Part shown: positions 27,738 through 37,132 of the stretch, one piece after another
How the letters are laid out: the number at the start of each line of letters is the position of its first letter
Position numbering within the stretch: position 1 is the stretch's first letter
Assembly: GCA_963825995.1 (NCBI GenBank)
Contig: CAWGVH010000004.1
Location: 182,483-246,482 of the forward strand
DNA: 64,000 nucleotides
Reading direction: 5' to 3'
Origin: an uncultured Chloroflexia bacterium
Lineage (GTDB): Bacteria; Chloroflexota; Limnocylindria; Limnocylindrales; CSP1-4
Notes under the pieces: generated by a model
Database searches by the model: none
The model's input: the letters and a program-made list of their open reading frames with translations, nothing else
What the model was told of the DNA's origin: nothing
Made by a program: the position numbers and the translations under genes

Positions 27738-29093
27738 TCACGCGCCCGATCCGCGCCGCCAGTCATCCACGGCACGCCGAGCCTCCTGCGACGCCTGTCC
27801 GGTGTAGTCGGCAGGCTCGATCTCGGCGGTCCCGTCCAGTCCGGCGGCGACCTCTTCGAGTGCCTCGCGGAGCCCGATGCCACGAGCCTTCGAGGTCGTG
27901 GCCGCCAGGTAGACGAGGTCGTGGGCGCCCTCGCGGCCAAGCTCAGGGGCCAGCTGGAACATGTAGGCCTCAGACAGCGTTCGGCCCTGCTCCATCGCCA
28001 GGTTGGCGGCCATGCGCTCGGGATACACGACGGCTTCGCGCACGACGCGCTCCGCGACCCGCAGGCAGCCGGCGCTGAGCACCGCCACCTGCGGCAGGGC
28101 GTGCCACTCGATCTGCCACTCTCCGGCCGAGCGCTCGTGGCCGGCCTCCATGGCCCGATAGAGGCTGCCCGACATGGCAGCCGCGCTGACGGCCATGCCC
28201 ACGATGACCTCGGAATCGATCGGGTTGGCCTTCTGGGGCATGGTCGACGAGGCTCCCCGGTGATGGCCCTCGGACTCGCTCATCTCCCGGATCTCCGTGC
28301 GCGAGAGGTCGATGACCTCACGCGCCAGCCGCGCACACGTGGACGCGGCACGAGCACACACCGCACCAAGGGCGGCAAGACCGTCGCGAGTGACGTGCCA
28401 GGGACCGTTCGGCACCGCCAGTCCCAGCTGGCGCGCCATCTCGACCCGCACCTCGTCGGCACGCGGACCAAGCCCGGCCGACGTCCCCGCCGCGCCGTGC
28501 AGGCTGACCAGGCAGCAGCCGGCCCTGACCGCGGCAAGGTCAGCGCGCAGCCGGTCGCACTGGCGCAGGAACGTGGCCAGCTTGGCGCCGAATGTCGTGG
28601 GCACCGCCTGCTGGCCATGCGTTCGAGCGGCCATCACGGTGTCGGCATGCCCCTCGACCTGGGCCGCCAGCGCATCGCCGAGCGCTACGGTGAGCTCCAT
28701 GAGGCGGTCGATGGCCGCGTCCAACTGCAGGCTCAGGCCGGTGTCCATGATGTCCTGTGTGGTGGCTCCGTAGTGCAGCGAGCCGCGCTCCGACGCCGGC
28801 AGCCGCTCGGTGATCTGCCGCACGAGCGGCAGGATGGGGTAGCCGACGTTGGCCATGTCAGCCCAGAGCACCGGCAGGTCGACGTTCGCCAGCGTGCAGG
28901 CGGTCGCGATGGCCTCAGCGCGCTCGGGGGAGAGCTCGCCGATCTGGGCCTGCGCTCGCGCCAGCGCAGCCTCCGTCCGCAGCCACGACTCGACGGTGGC
29001 CGACTCCGAGAAGACGGCCTCCATCAGCGGGTCACCGAAGGCCCGGTGGAGGAGCGAGAAGATGGCCCCGGGCGGGGCGTCCGAGCTGTTCAC
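27738..29093 (-). CDS. fumarate-lyase superfamily enzyme, 3-carboxy-cis,cis-muconate cycloisomerase/adenylosuccinate-lyase-like
   Basis: Signature GASSTMPQKANPIDSE, plus HYGATTQDIMDT and TFGAK. GTGA overlap with the upstream Gfo/Idh/MocA stop. Confidence 0.8.
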   Translation of the reverse strand: MNSSDAPPGAIFSLLHRAFGDPLMEAVFSESATVESWLRTEAALARAQAQIGELSPERAEAIATACTLANVDLPVLWADMANVGYPILPLVRQITERLPASERGSLHYGATTQDIMDTGLSLQLDAAIDRLMELTVALGDALAAQVEGHADTVMAARTHGQQAVPTTFGAKLATFLRQCDRLRADLAAVRAGCCLVSLHGAAGTSAGLGPRADEVRVEMARQLGLAVPNGPWHVTRDGLAALGAVCARAASTCARLAREVIDLSRTEIREMSESEGHHRGASSTMPQKANPIDSEVIVGMAVSAAAMSGSLYRAMEAGHERSAGEWQIEWHALPQVAVLSAGCLRVAERVVREAVVYPERMAANLAMEQGRTLSEAYMFQLAPELGREGAHDLVYLAATTSKARGIGLREALEEVAAGLDGTAEIEPADYTGQASQEARRAVDDWRRGSGA

Positions 29094-30175
29094 GTGTCGG
29101 AGCCGAGGATCTCGCTCAGGCGCACGCTCCGCCGCTCCTCGGCCGACCGGTAGGCGGCCTCGCCGATGGCGAGCGTGGGCAGCATCTGGCGACCCGCGGT
29201 GACTGGCTGCCGATCGGTGGCGATGGCGTCCATGAGGTCGCTCATGGGCCCCAGGAAGGCATCCGGCAGCCAGCGCGTGTCGAAGTCGAAGGCCTGCACC
29301 TCGACCCCCTCACGGTAGAGCGATAGCGTGTCGGGTCGGCCGTTGGGGTAGTCGTACATGAGGCCGATGGTCCCCGCCAGCATGCCCGCTGTGCCCAGGA
29401 TGCGGAACTCCGCGTAGGGCGGGCCGTGCTGGTTGTAGTGGTTGGTGGCCACCAGGCCCTGCACGCCGTCGGGATACTCCAGGACCGTCTTGGTGACCGT
29501 CTCGCCGATGACCGGTGCCTGCTCCGGGTAGCGCCCGTGCACGCTCGTGACCCACACCGGATCGCCCAGGATCGAGCGCAGCGCGTCGAGGTAGTGCGTG
29601 CTGTGGATCTTGATGTCCAGGTGGGGCGATTCCGCGATCCAGGCCCAGAGGTGCAGCGGCGTGGAGACGGACACCTGGACCTGCGCCTCGGTCACTGTGC
29701 CCAGCGCCCCCTGGCCCACGAGGTCGCGGGACGCGGCGATGCCGGCATCCCAGCGCATCTGGTGGTTCACCGCGAGCAGGACGCCGGCCGCTTCGGCAGC
29801 CTCGACCTCTGCCACGCCCGTGGCGTAGTCCATGGCCAGCGGCTTCTGGCAGAGCATGTGCTTGCCGGCGCCCGCCACGATGGACACGATCTCCGGCTGC
29901 ACCCATGGCAACACGGCGATGTCGACGATGTCCACGTCTGACCGGCCGGCGAGCTCCTCCGCGGTGCGGGCCACGACCGGGATGGAGAAGTCCACGGCGA
30001 CGGCCCGGGCCTTGGTCTCGTCGATGTCGTACACCGCCGCGACGTGCAGTCCGGCGGCCTGGTAGGCAGGCAGGTGGGCGCCCGTCACGATGCCCCCGCA
30101 ACCGATGATGCCGATGCGCAGGTCGCGCCCGGTGCCGGGCTCGATGCGCCACCGCGGCTCGTAGCGGCTCGCCAT
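29090..30175 (-). CDS. Gfo/Idh/MocA-family NAD(P) sugar/inositol-type dehydrogenase
   Basis: LRIGIIGCGGIVTGAHLPAY Rossmann start, MLCQKPLA motif. Paralog of 37133..38236. Confidence 0.85.
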   Translation of the reverse strand: MASRYEPRWRIEPGTGRDLRIGIIGCGGIVTGAHLPAYQAAGLHVAAVYDIDETKARAVAVDFSIPVVARTAEELAGRSDVDIVDIAVLPWVQPEIVSIVAGAGKHMLCQKPLAMDYATGVAEVEAAEAAGVLLAVNHQMRWDAGIAASRDLVGQGALGTVTEAQVQVSVSTPLHLWAWIAESPHLDIKIHSTHYLDALRSILGDPVWVTSVHGRYPEQAPVIGETVTKTVLEYPDGVQGLVATNHYNQHGPPYAEFRILGTAGMLAGTIGLMYDYPNGRPDTLSLYREGVEVQAFDFDTRWLPDAFLGPMSDLMDAIATDRQPVTAGRQMLPTLAIGEAAYRSAEERRSVRLSEILGSDT

Positions 30176-30178
30176 CGG

Positions 30179-31093
30179 CTAGCCCTTCACGGCCCCGAAG
30201 GTGAGGCCCTTGGTCAGGCTGCGCTGCATGGCCAGCACGAACAGGATGGCCGGGATCATCATCAGCACCGACATCGCCGCCATGCCGCGCCAGTCCACCG
30301 TGAACTGCGTGGTGAAGTCGGCGAGGCCCACCGGGAAGGTCTTGGAGGCCGGGGTCTTGGTGAGGACCGAGGCGATCTGATACTCGTTCCAGGCCGCCAG
30401 GAAGGCGAACACGGCAGCTGCGCCGAGGCCTGGCAGCGCCAGCGGCAGGTCGATCTTCCAGAAGGTCTGCCAGTGGCTGGCGCCGTCCACGTAGGCCGCG
30501 TCGTCCAGCTCGCGCGGGATGCGCCGGAAGAAGCCGTCCATGAGCCAGGCCGTGAAGGGGATGTTCATGGCCATGTAGACGAAGGCCAGCCCGTGGACGG
30601 TGTCGACGAGACCGATGTTGCGCATGAGCAGGAAGAGCGGAAGGCTGAGGGCGACACCGGGCACCGCGCGGGTCAGCAGCAGCAGAAGCAGGAGCATGCG
30701 GCTGCCCACGAAGTCGAAGCGCGAGAAGGCGTAGCCGGCGGCCGTCCCGATGGGCACGGAGAGCGCCGTCGCCAGCAGCGCGATGGCCAGCGAGTTGGTC
30801 AGGTAGCTCATGACGGGCACCCCGGAGGCGGTCTCAGGGTTGAGCCCGAAGAGCGACTCGAAGGCATCGAGCGTGATGGTCTGCGGGATCCAGATGGGCG
30901 GGGAGGCATTGACCTCCAGGTTGGGTCGGAAGGCCGTCAGGACGATCCAGACGGCCGGCAGGGCCAGGAGGGCGATGACCGTGAAGGCCAGCCAGTTGGC
31001 ACCGATGTCACGCCAGTGGATGCGGCGGCGCGTCGTCGGTCGGGGTGCGGCAGCCTCGGCGGGAGCCGGCTGGGCCTGCGTGGAGCTCGTCAT
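30179..31093 (-). CDS. carbohydrate ABC transporter permease (MalG/CUT1 type)
   Basis: 6 TM segments. EAA-loop-like DDAAYVDGASHWQTFWKIDLPLALPG. ATGA overlap with the upstream permease. Confidence 0.85.
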   Translation of the reverse strand: MTSSTQAQPAPAEAAAPRPTTRRRIHWRDIGANWLAFTVIALLALPAVWIVLTAFRPNLEVNASPPIWIPQTITLDAFESLFGLNPETASGVPVMSYLTNSLAIALLATALSVPIGTAAGYAFSRFDFVGSRMLLLLLLLTRAVPGVALSLPLFLLMRNIGLVDTVHGLAFVYMAMNIPFTAWLMDGFFRRIPRELDDAAYVDGASHWQTFWKIDLPLALPGLGAAAVFAFLAAWNEYQIASVLTKTPASKTFPVGLADFTTQFTVDWRGMAAMSVLMMIPAILFVLAMQRSLTKGLTFGAVKG

Positions 31094-32052
31094 CCCATGT
31101 CCTTGCGGAGCTGCATCATCTGGCGGAAGAGATAGAAGGTGAAGCCCACCCCGAGCACGACACCGGCCATCGACATGGCGGAGGCCATGCCGAACTGCGA
31201 TCCGCGGATGGCCAGCTGTCCCGCGTAGGTCCAGATGAGCTCGGTGCGGTGTGCCGGTCCGCCGTCGGTCATGATGCGCACGATGTCGTAGGCGCGCGCG
31301 ATGTCCAGCGAGAGCAGGACCATGACGATGATGAAGAAGGGCCGCATCTGCGGGATCGTGATGTGGCGCATGCGCTGGTAGACCGATGCCCCATCCACCG
31401 ACGCTGCGTCATAGAGTTCCTCAGAGAGCGACAGGCGTCCGGCCAGCAGGACGATGGTGACGACCGGGACCGTCATCCAGATCGTGGCCATCATCAGCGA
31501 GATCATCCCGTTGGGCTCCTCGACGAGCCAGGCGAGGGGCTGCGAGATGAGCCCGAGGGTGAGCAGGGCGTTGTTCACCAGGCCGACCGTGGCGTTGAAG
31601 AACCAGGCGAACTGGAAGCCGATGAGCACGGGCGCGAACATCATGGGGATCATCAGCAGGACCCGCACGGGCCCCATGGCGAAGGTCATGCGCGCCAGCA
31701 GCATGGCCAGGCCGAAGCCGATGACGAGCGATGCGTTCACGGTCACGACCATGAACAGGATGGTGTTCCAGAGCGCCCGCCAGAAGACGTCGTCCCGGGC
31801 CAGGCGCGCGTAGTTGTCGAACATCTCGGCCGGCACGAGCTGTGACGTCGTGTCCGGCCGCAGGAGGTGGAAGGGCGTGAACGAGACGAACAGCGAGTAC
31901 GCCATGGGGTAGATGACGACCAGCACCACGACGATGACGGCCGGGACCGTCATGAGATACGGGAACCAGTTGCGTCGTCGCAGGCGCGCAACGAGCGACC
32001 CTTCCTCCGGGGCTCCCGGTGGAGCGGTCAGGCTCCCTGCATCCATCGTCAT
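31090..32052 (-). CDS. carbohydrate ABC transporter permease (MalF/CUT1 type)
   Basis: 6 TM segments. EAA-loop-like YDAASVDGASVYQRMRHITIPQMRP. Confidence 0.85.
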   Translation of the reverse strand: MTMDAGSLTAPPGAPEEGSLVARLRRRNWFPYLMTVPAVIVVVLVVIYPMAYSLFVSFTPFHLLRPDTTSQLVPAEMFDNYARLARDDVFWRALWNTILFMVVTVNASLVIGFGLAMLLARMTFAMGPVRVLLMIPMMFAPVLIGFQFAWFFNATVGLVNNALLTLGLISQPLAWLVEEPNGMISLMMATIWMTVPVVTIVLLAGRLSLSEELYDAASVDGASVYQRMRHITIPQMRPFFIIVMVLLSLDIARAYDIVRIMTDGGPAHRTELIWTYAGQLAIRGSQFGMASAMSMAGVVLGVGFTFYLFRQMMQLRKDMG

Positions 32053-32138
32053 GGTTCGACTGCCCCCAGGTGGACGGTAGCGTCAGAGACGTCGAGAGGG
32101 GCCGCACCTGGCGGCACGGCCCCTCTCGTTACGGCCGG

Positions 32139-33516
32139 TTAGTAGCCGAGGCTGTCGAGGAGCTCGTTGGTGTCCGCGACGCCCTTGGCCAGGCCATCCT
32201 CGACGGTCATGTCGCCGAGGATGATCGACTGCAAGGTGGGATACCACTCGTTCGTGAAGCTGATCCAGTCCGCGAACAGCGGCGGGGTGCGGAAGTCCTC
32301 GCTCACCTGGAGGTTGGCCAGCTCCCAGCGCTCGGCGTCGAGCGGGTTGCCGGTGTCCGCGTTGGCGGCCGTGACGCGCGCCGAGACATCGGAGCGGACC
32401 GGCAGGAAGCCGAACGTGTTGGACTCCTCGAAGGCGACCGCCTCGGAGGTCAGGAACTTGATGAGCTGGACCGCGGCCTCCTTGTTCTGGGAGTCCTTGG
32501 CCACGCTGAAAGGCGTGCGCGCCGGCCCAGCCGGTGTGCACGTCGGCCGTGCCCACCGGACCGCGCGCCATGCCGAACTTGCCGGCCACGTTGGGGCAGG
32601 ACGCGGGATCCTGGAAGTAGCCGTACCAGCCGTACCACTCGAGGTAGAAGGCCACGTCGCCGTTGCAGAAGTTGGCCGCGACGCCATCCCAGAGCAGGTT
32701 CGTCGTGTCAGGCGGCACGAGGCCGTTGGCGAAGAGGTCCTGCATCCACTTCGCTGATGCGACGCCCGCTTCAGAGTCGAAGATGGGCTTAAGGTCGGCG
32801 TCGAAGTAGTCGCCGCCGTTGGCGAAGAGGAGCTCGTAGAAGCGACCCGCGAGAGCCTCTTCCTTGCCCGCGAACTCGGTGCCGTACTTGATGACGCCCT
32901 CGCCGACGAAGAACTCGGCCATGTCGTACATCTGGTCGAGCGTCGTCGGGCGGTGCCAGCGGGTAGCCGTAGGCCTCCTCGAACTTGGCCTGCAGGTCCG
33001 CGTCACCGAAGAGGTCCGTGCGGTAGTACAGCGCGCTGATGTCCGCGTGGCGCGGGATGAGCTGCAGGTTGCCGTCGATGGTGGCGGCCTCGATGATGCT
33101 GGGCGAGAAGGCTGCCAGCTCCTCAGGCGTGAAGTAGTCCTGGAGCGGCTCCACGAAGTTGGTGTACTGCGACATGAAGCTGGTGTGGTTCCAGGCCACG
33201 TCGAAGTCGACGGTGCCGGCGCCGTAGTTCGTCTTCAGGTAGCGGTCGATCTCGAAGCCGTCGCCCAGGAAGACGATCTCGACGGTCGCGCCGGTCTCCT
33301 CCTCGAACTTGCTGATCGAGTCGTACATGGCCTCGTACGTTGCCGCCACCGATGGCCGCCATCTTGATGGTCGATGCCGGTGAGGTCCTTGTCGAGCCCG
33401 GCGTAGGCCGGCTCGTCCTGGGCGACGGCGACGCTCGCGCCCAGCGCGCTCGCCACGAAGGCCGCCGCCAGCGGGATGACGATCCGCCGGCTCGTGTTGG
33501 TCATGCTGTCTCGCAC
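32139..33516 (-). pseudogene. CUT1-type sugar ABC substrate-binding protein, multiply frameshifted
   Basis: The protein is split over three or more frames. Signal peptide MRDSMTNTSRRIVIPLAAAFVASALGASVAVAQ (33516 downward). Middle part ATYEAMYDSISKFEEETG...YGYPLAPP. Then TTLDQMYDMAEFF...GWAGAHAF. Then SVAKDSQNKEAAVQLIKFLTS...LLDSLGY-stop (32139). Breaks lie near 33350-33385, 32947-32953 and the AAA run at 32509-32511. Confidence 0.75.
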
Positions 33517-33605
33517 GGTTACCCACTCCTCCTTGTCGGATCAGATGCGCGTGCCGCTCCCTACGGCCCGTCGCTGGACATCAGATCGTTCCGATCATCT
33601 CATCG

Positions 33606-34781
33606 TCAGTCCGTATGGAACACCTCCTCCATGGCAGCCCACCACTCCCCTTCGGCTCGATCGGCCAGGGGCTCCTGCAGCGGCATCATCCAGTCCCACC
33701 AGCGCTGTGTCTCGGGGTCGTCGGCCATGCGCTGCATGTCTGCTGCGAAGTCGTCACCGACGTACTCGAAATACGCGAACAGCTGTCCCCGGCGATGGAA
33801 GATCGAGTAGTTGCGGATGTTGCACTCGCGGATCTTGGCCAGCACGCCGGGCCACACCTCGGCGTGGGCCGTGACGTACTCATCGAGATGCTCGGGCTTG
33901 AGGCCGATGAGCTGTCCGTATCGCTTCACGCAACTGCTCCGATCGAGTACAGCGGAGGCTGCGGTGTCGCCAAGGATGGCAGACCGGTCGGCGCCCCGGA
34001 GGCCCAGGCGGTCAAGGACGGCCAGCGTCTCCGCCCAGACCCTGGCGTAGTCGCCGGCCAGGATGGCCACCGGCCAGTCGCTCCCGAACATGAGCCGGCC
34101 CGCACCGAAGACCTCCAGCGCGAAGCCCACCGGCTCTTCAAGATCCGCCGCCGACCACGACTGCCAGTCGGCGGCCGTGTTGAGGCCGGAGACCTTGGCG
34201 TAGACGTTGGGATGCTCCGCGGCGGCCTGCAGGTCCGCCTTCCAGGCGTCGTAGGTGCCGCTCACGATGGGTGGCTTGGCGAGGTGATCCACGACGATGG
34301 CGAGTCTCGGGCAGGCGCGAGCGAGCGTCGGCACGTGGCCCAGGTGCAGGGGGTGGACAGCCACGACCTCATACACGAGGCCGCGCTCCTCCAGGACCTT
34401 GAGCCCGTCGATGACGGCCGGGCGGACGAGCCAGTCGGGGTCGGCCTCCTCGTGGTTCAGGTGGCGCACGCCCTTGAACCAGGGGTTCGACAGGTACTGC
34501 GAGTCGAGCACCCTGGCCGCCTGCGAGGCATCCCCCAGGGGCACCCAGCCCACGACGGCGCCGATCCAGGTCTGCTCGGCGGCGTGCGCCAGCATCGAGT
34601 CGGTGTCCGCGTATGAGTTGGCCGCCTGGACCAGGACGGTGCGGTCGATGCCTGCCGCCGCCAGCTGCGGTTCGAGCTCGGACGGTGTGAACGTCCGATA
34701 GAGGGCCCCGTACTCGGGCACCAGCCAGGGATACTCGACCTTCTCGAGGTCCCACAGGTGCTGGTGGCTATCGACGATCAT
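33606..34781 (-). CDS. amidohydrolase_2 (L-fucono/rhamnono-lactonase-like) read through into L-rhamnose mutarotase (RhaM) domain
   Basis: N-terminal ~287 aa: DSHQHLW, VDHLAKPP, MFGSDWPV. C-terminal 104 aa: VKRYGQLIGLKPEHLDEYVTAHAEVWPGV...NYSIF. An alternative frame gives a native-looking lactonase end ...LYSIGAVA-TGA overlapping the GTG of the RhaM part, so the fusion may be created by an indel near 33935-33945. Confidence 0.75.
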   Translation of the reverse strand: MIVDSHQHLWDLEKVEYPWLVPEYGALYRTFTPSELEPQLAAAGIDRTVLVQAANSYADTDSMLAHAAEQTWIGAVVGWVPLGDASQAARVLDSQYLSNPWFKGVRHLNHEEADPDWLVRPAVIDGLKVLEERGLVYEVVAVHPLHLGHVPTLARACPRLAIVVDHLAKPPIVSGTYDAWKADLQAAAEHPNVYAKVSGLNTAADWQSWSAADLEEPVGFALEVFGAGRLMFGSDWPVAILAGDYARVWAETLAVLDRLGLRGADRSAILGDTAASAVLDRSSCVKRYGQLIGLKPEHLDEYVTAHAEVWPGVLAKIRECNIRNYSIFHRRGQLFAYFEYVGDDFAADMQRMADDPETQRWWDWMMPLQEPLADRAEGEWWAAMEEVFHTD

Positions 34782-34859
34782 CTCCGACCCCCATCGGTCC
34801 TGCCTGGCGTCGCAGGCGGCCTCGGCTGCGCCGCACGGTAGTCGGTCGCGGCCCCCTAA

Positions 34860-34873
34860 GTCAAGCGGTTGAC
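34860..34873. promoter_or_regulatory. LacI-type operator copy 1 (13/14 match): GTCAAGCGGTTGAC
   Basis: 79 nt upstream of the 33606..34781 start. One mismatch to the perfect palindrome found at 35900 and 37045. Confidence 0.5.
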
Positions 34874-34955
34874 CTCGCGAGCGCGAGTCACAGCCGGCTC
34901 ATATCCAGGCGGCTTCCACGTCGCCCAGCGCGTCCCCGAAGAGAAGGGTCACGAG

Positions 34956-35813
34956 TCAGTGGACCTCGATGCCGAGCGCAGCGGCCCGTTCCGTCAAGTG
35001 GCCCTTGGCCTGGCCGATCTGGCCCAGCGGGAGATGCTCGACGATGGCGTAACTGTCCGGCCCCAGGGCGGCCGTCCGCCGCAGCACCGTATCGAGGTCC
35101 ATCATGCCGGTGCCGGGGATGGCCTCATCGATGTGGACGATGAAGCGGTCCTCGAGAGCGTAATCCTTGACGTGGACGGTTGCGCAGTGCTCCCCGAGCA
35201 CGTCGAAGAGCTCGTTGACCATGGGCGTCGGGTCGAAGGCCGTGGCCAGGTCGGCCACGAAGTTCGCAGGGTCGATGTTGACGCGCACGTGGCGCGGGTC
35301 GGTGCGCTCGATGACGCGCTTGACCCGCTGCGCCGAGTCCAGCGTGGATGTGGCGTGCTTCTCGAGGACGATCCCAACGCCCAGTGGAACAGCGACCTCG
35401 AGGACCTCGTCGATGGAGCGGACGAGTCGGTCTTCGGACGCCTGGCTGTGGTTCTCCGGGTGCGGCCACCAGTCCCCGCGCGGGTTGTGGCTGGTGGGTC
35501 GGATGCCGGAGCCCGGGACCCCCAGGCCGGCCGCCAGGCGCACGATGTCACTCGCTCCCTCCACGCCGCGCCGGCGCACTTCCTCGTCCGCGCTGATGAT
35601 GCACGGGTAGGGACCCCAGACCTGGAGGAACTCGAGGCCGTTCCCGTCGATGCTGGCGCGCACGTTGGCCGCGACCTCGTGGCTGACGGTCGAGGCGGGC
35701 ACAGTGAGGTGCGCGCCGATGCCTTTGAAGCCGAGTTCCCGGGCGAAGGCGACCGTCTCGTGCGTCACGTCGGTCCAGTCGCTCCAGATGACGCCGAGAA
35801 CACCGAACCGCAT
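34956..35813 (-). CDS. sugar phosphate isomerase/epimerase (xylose-isomerase-like TIM barrel; IolE/IolI-like family)
   Basis: 285 aa, MRFGVLGVIW...GFKGIGAHL...VLEKHATS...VHVKDY blocks typical of the AP_endonuc_2 TIM-barrel family. Confidence 0.8.
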   Translation of the reverse strand: MRFGVLGVIWSDWTDVTHETVAFARELGFKGIGAHLTVPASTVSHEVAANVRASIDGNGLEFLQVWGPYPCIISADEEVRRRGVEGASDIVRLAAGLGVPGSGIRPTSHNPRGDWWPHPENHSQASEDRLVRSIDEVLEVAVPLGVGIVLEKHATSTLDSAQRVKRVIERTDPRHVRVNIDPANFVADLATAFDPTPMVNELFDVLGEHCATVHVKDYALEDRFIVHIDEAIPGTGMMDLDTVLRRTAALGPDSYAIVEHLPLGQIGQAKGHLTERAAALGIEVH

Positions 35814-35899
35814 GTCCCGCTCCTTACTCCTCCAGGCCGGATGGAAGCCAGGCGGGGTGCCGCTCCCGAGGGCGAAGGTAGTCCCTGCGGGCTGCTCGC

Positions 35900-35913
35900 G
35901 TCAACCGGTTGAC
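35900..35913. promoter_or_regulatory. LacI-type operator copy 2: perfect 14-bp palindrome GTCAACCGGTTGAC
   Basis: Lies in the divergent region between the TIM-barrel gene start (35813) and the LacI gene start (35974). The core AACCGGTT fits the LacI-family AANCGNTT consensus. Confidence 0.6.
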
Positions 35914-35973
35914 CAGACAGGGCCGGGGCGCGCATCCTGTGGACCTGGGCAGCACGGGGGACGGGGTGCCGCG

Positions 35974-37005
35974 ATGAAAGGGACGGGTCGCTCGACCATC
36001 GCCGACGTGGCCCAACGGGCCGGCGTGGACCGTGCTGTCGTCTCCAAGGTCCTCAGTGATGACCCCTCGCTGCGTGTGCGCGAAGAGACACGCCAGCGCG
36101 TCCTCGAGGCTGCCACCGCGCTGCACTATCGGCCCAACTTCCACGCTCGCGGGCTGGCCCGAGCGCAGGCCGGCGCGATCGGCCTGCTGGTCCCGGCCGG
36201 CAACCCGCTCATGGTGCCCATCATCGCCGGTGCCGAGGAAGTCGCCTCGGAGCGCGGCCTCCTGCTGTGGACCGCCTCCCACGAGGGCAGATTGACCGAG
36301 CGCTACCTGCGGCTGCTACGCAGCGGCGCGGTGGATGCTGCGCTCCTGGCCGGCCTGCGCGCAGGCCACGACGCTGACGAGTTGTTCCACGACCCACGTC
36401 TCCCCACGCTGCTGGTGAACCGGCGATCGGTGGGCGCTGAACGCTGGGTCATCCTCGATGATGAGCGCGCAGCCAGGCTGGCCACCGAGTACCTCATCGC
36501 TCACGGTCATCGGAGGATCGGCTGGGCGGGCGGACCGGCGGGCGTCGACACGGCCGAGCGCCGCCAGGACGGCTTCCGGGACGCCATGGCCGCCGCGGGC
36601 CTCGAGCTCGACCCGGCCTGGATCGTGCGAGCCGAGTACACGGCCGGTGGCGGCTCAGAGGCGGCGGCGGCCATCCTGCGGAGCACGGTCCACCCGACCG
36701 CCATCGTGGCCGCCGATGCCAACGAGGGCCTCGGCGTGTGGCATGCCCTGCACGCGCGCGGCCTGTCGGTGCCTGACGACGTGTCGCTCATCGCGATCCA
36801 CAAGCTGCCCGCAGAGGACTACCGCATCCCTTCGATGACCTGTGTCGAGATGCCCCTCAGACAGCTCGGGCGGCGCGCCGCCGAGCTGGTGCTGGACCTG
36901 CCCTGGGATGCCCCCGTCAAGGAGACCCTGCAGACCGACCTCACCATCTCCGACGGCACGACGGTGGCACCACCATCCCAGGCGGGTCGCGGGGGACGAC
37001 CATGA
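35974..37005 (+). CDS. LacI-family transcriptional regulator
   Basis: Track ORF 35650..37005 trimmed to the ATG at 35974. HTH STIADVAQRAGVDRAVVSKVLS, followed by a periplasmic-binding-fold sugar sensor domain. Confidence 0.85.
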   Translation: MKGTGRSTIADVAQRAGVDRAVVSKVLSDDPSLRVREETRQRVLEAATALHYRPNFHARGLARAQAGAIGLLVPAGNPLMVPIIAGAEEVASERGLLLWTASHEGRLTERYLRLLRSGAVDAALLAGLRAGHDADELFHDPRLPTLLVNRRSVGAERWVILDDERAARLATEYLIAHGHRRIGWAGGPAGVDTAERRQDGFRDAMAAAGLELDPAWIVRAEYTAGGGSEAAAAILRSTVHPTAIVAADANEGLGVWHALHARGLSVPDDVSLIAIHKLPAEDYRIPSMTCVEMPLRQLGRRAAELVLDLPWDAPVKETLQTDLTISDGTTVAPPSQAGRGGRP

Positions 37006-37044
37006 TGCGGGCGCCGGGTGGCGGTCAACCGCGGCAGGGCTGCG

Positions 37045-37058
37045 GTCAACCGGTTGAC
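37045..37058. promoter_or_regulatory. LacI-type operator copy 3: perfect palindrome GTCAACCGGTTGAC, plus upstream half-site GGTCAACCG at 37023-37031
   Basis: Between the LacI stop (37005) and the Gfo/Idh/MocA-corrinoid-methyltransferase operon. Followed by the -10-like TATACA at 37077-37082. Confidence 0.6.
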
Positions 37059-37132
37059 TCGGTGTCGGCCGAGCGGTATACATGGGGGCACGATGTCGGG
37101 GAGGTGCGAATGGCCACGGGGGACCTGACCAC

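Noticed and set aside
34874-34887. Inverted repeat CTCGCG-AG-CGCGAG directly next to operator copy 1.
   Set aside because: A 6-bp stem with a 2-nt loop cannot form a stable hairpin. It is probably a chance GC palindrome, and it is not repeated at the other operator copies.
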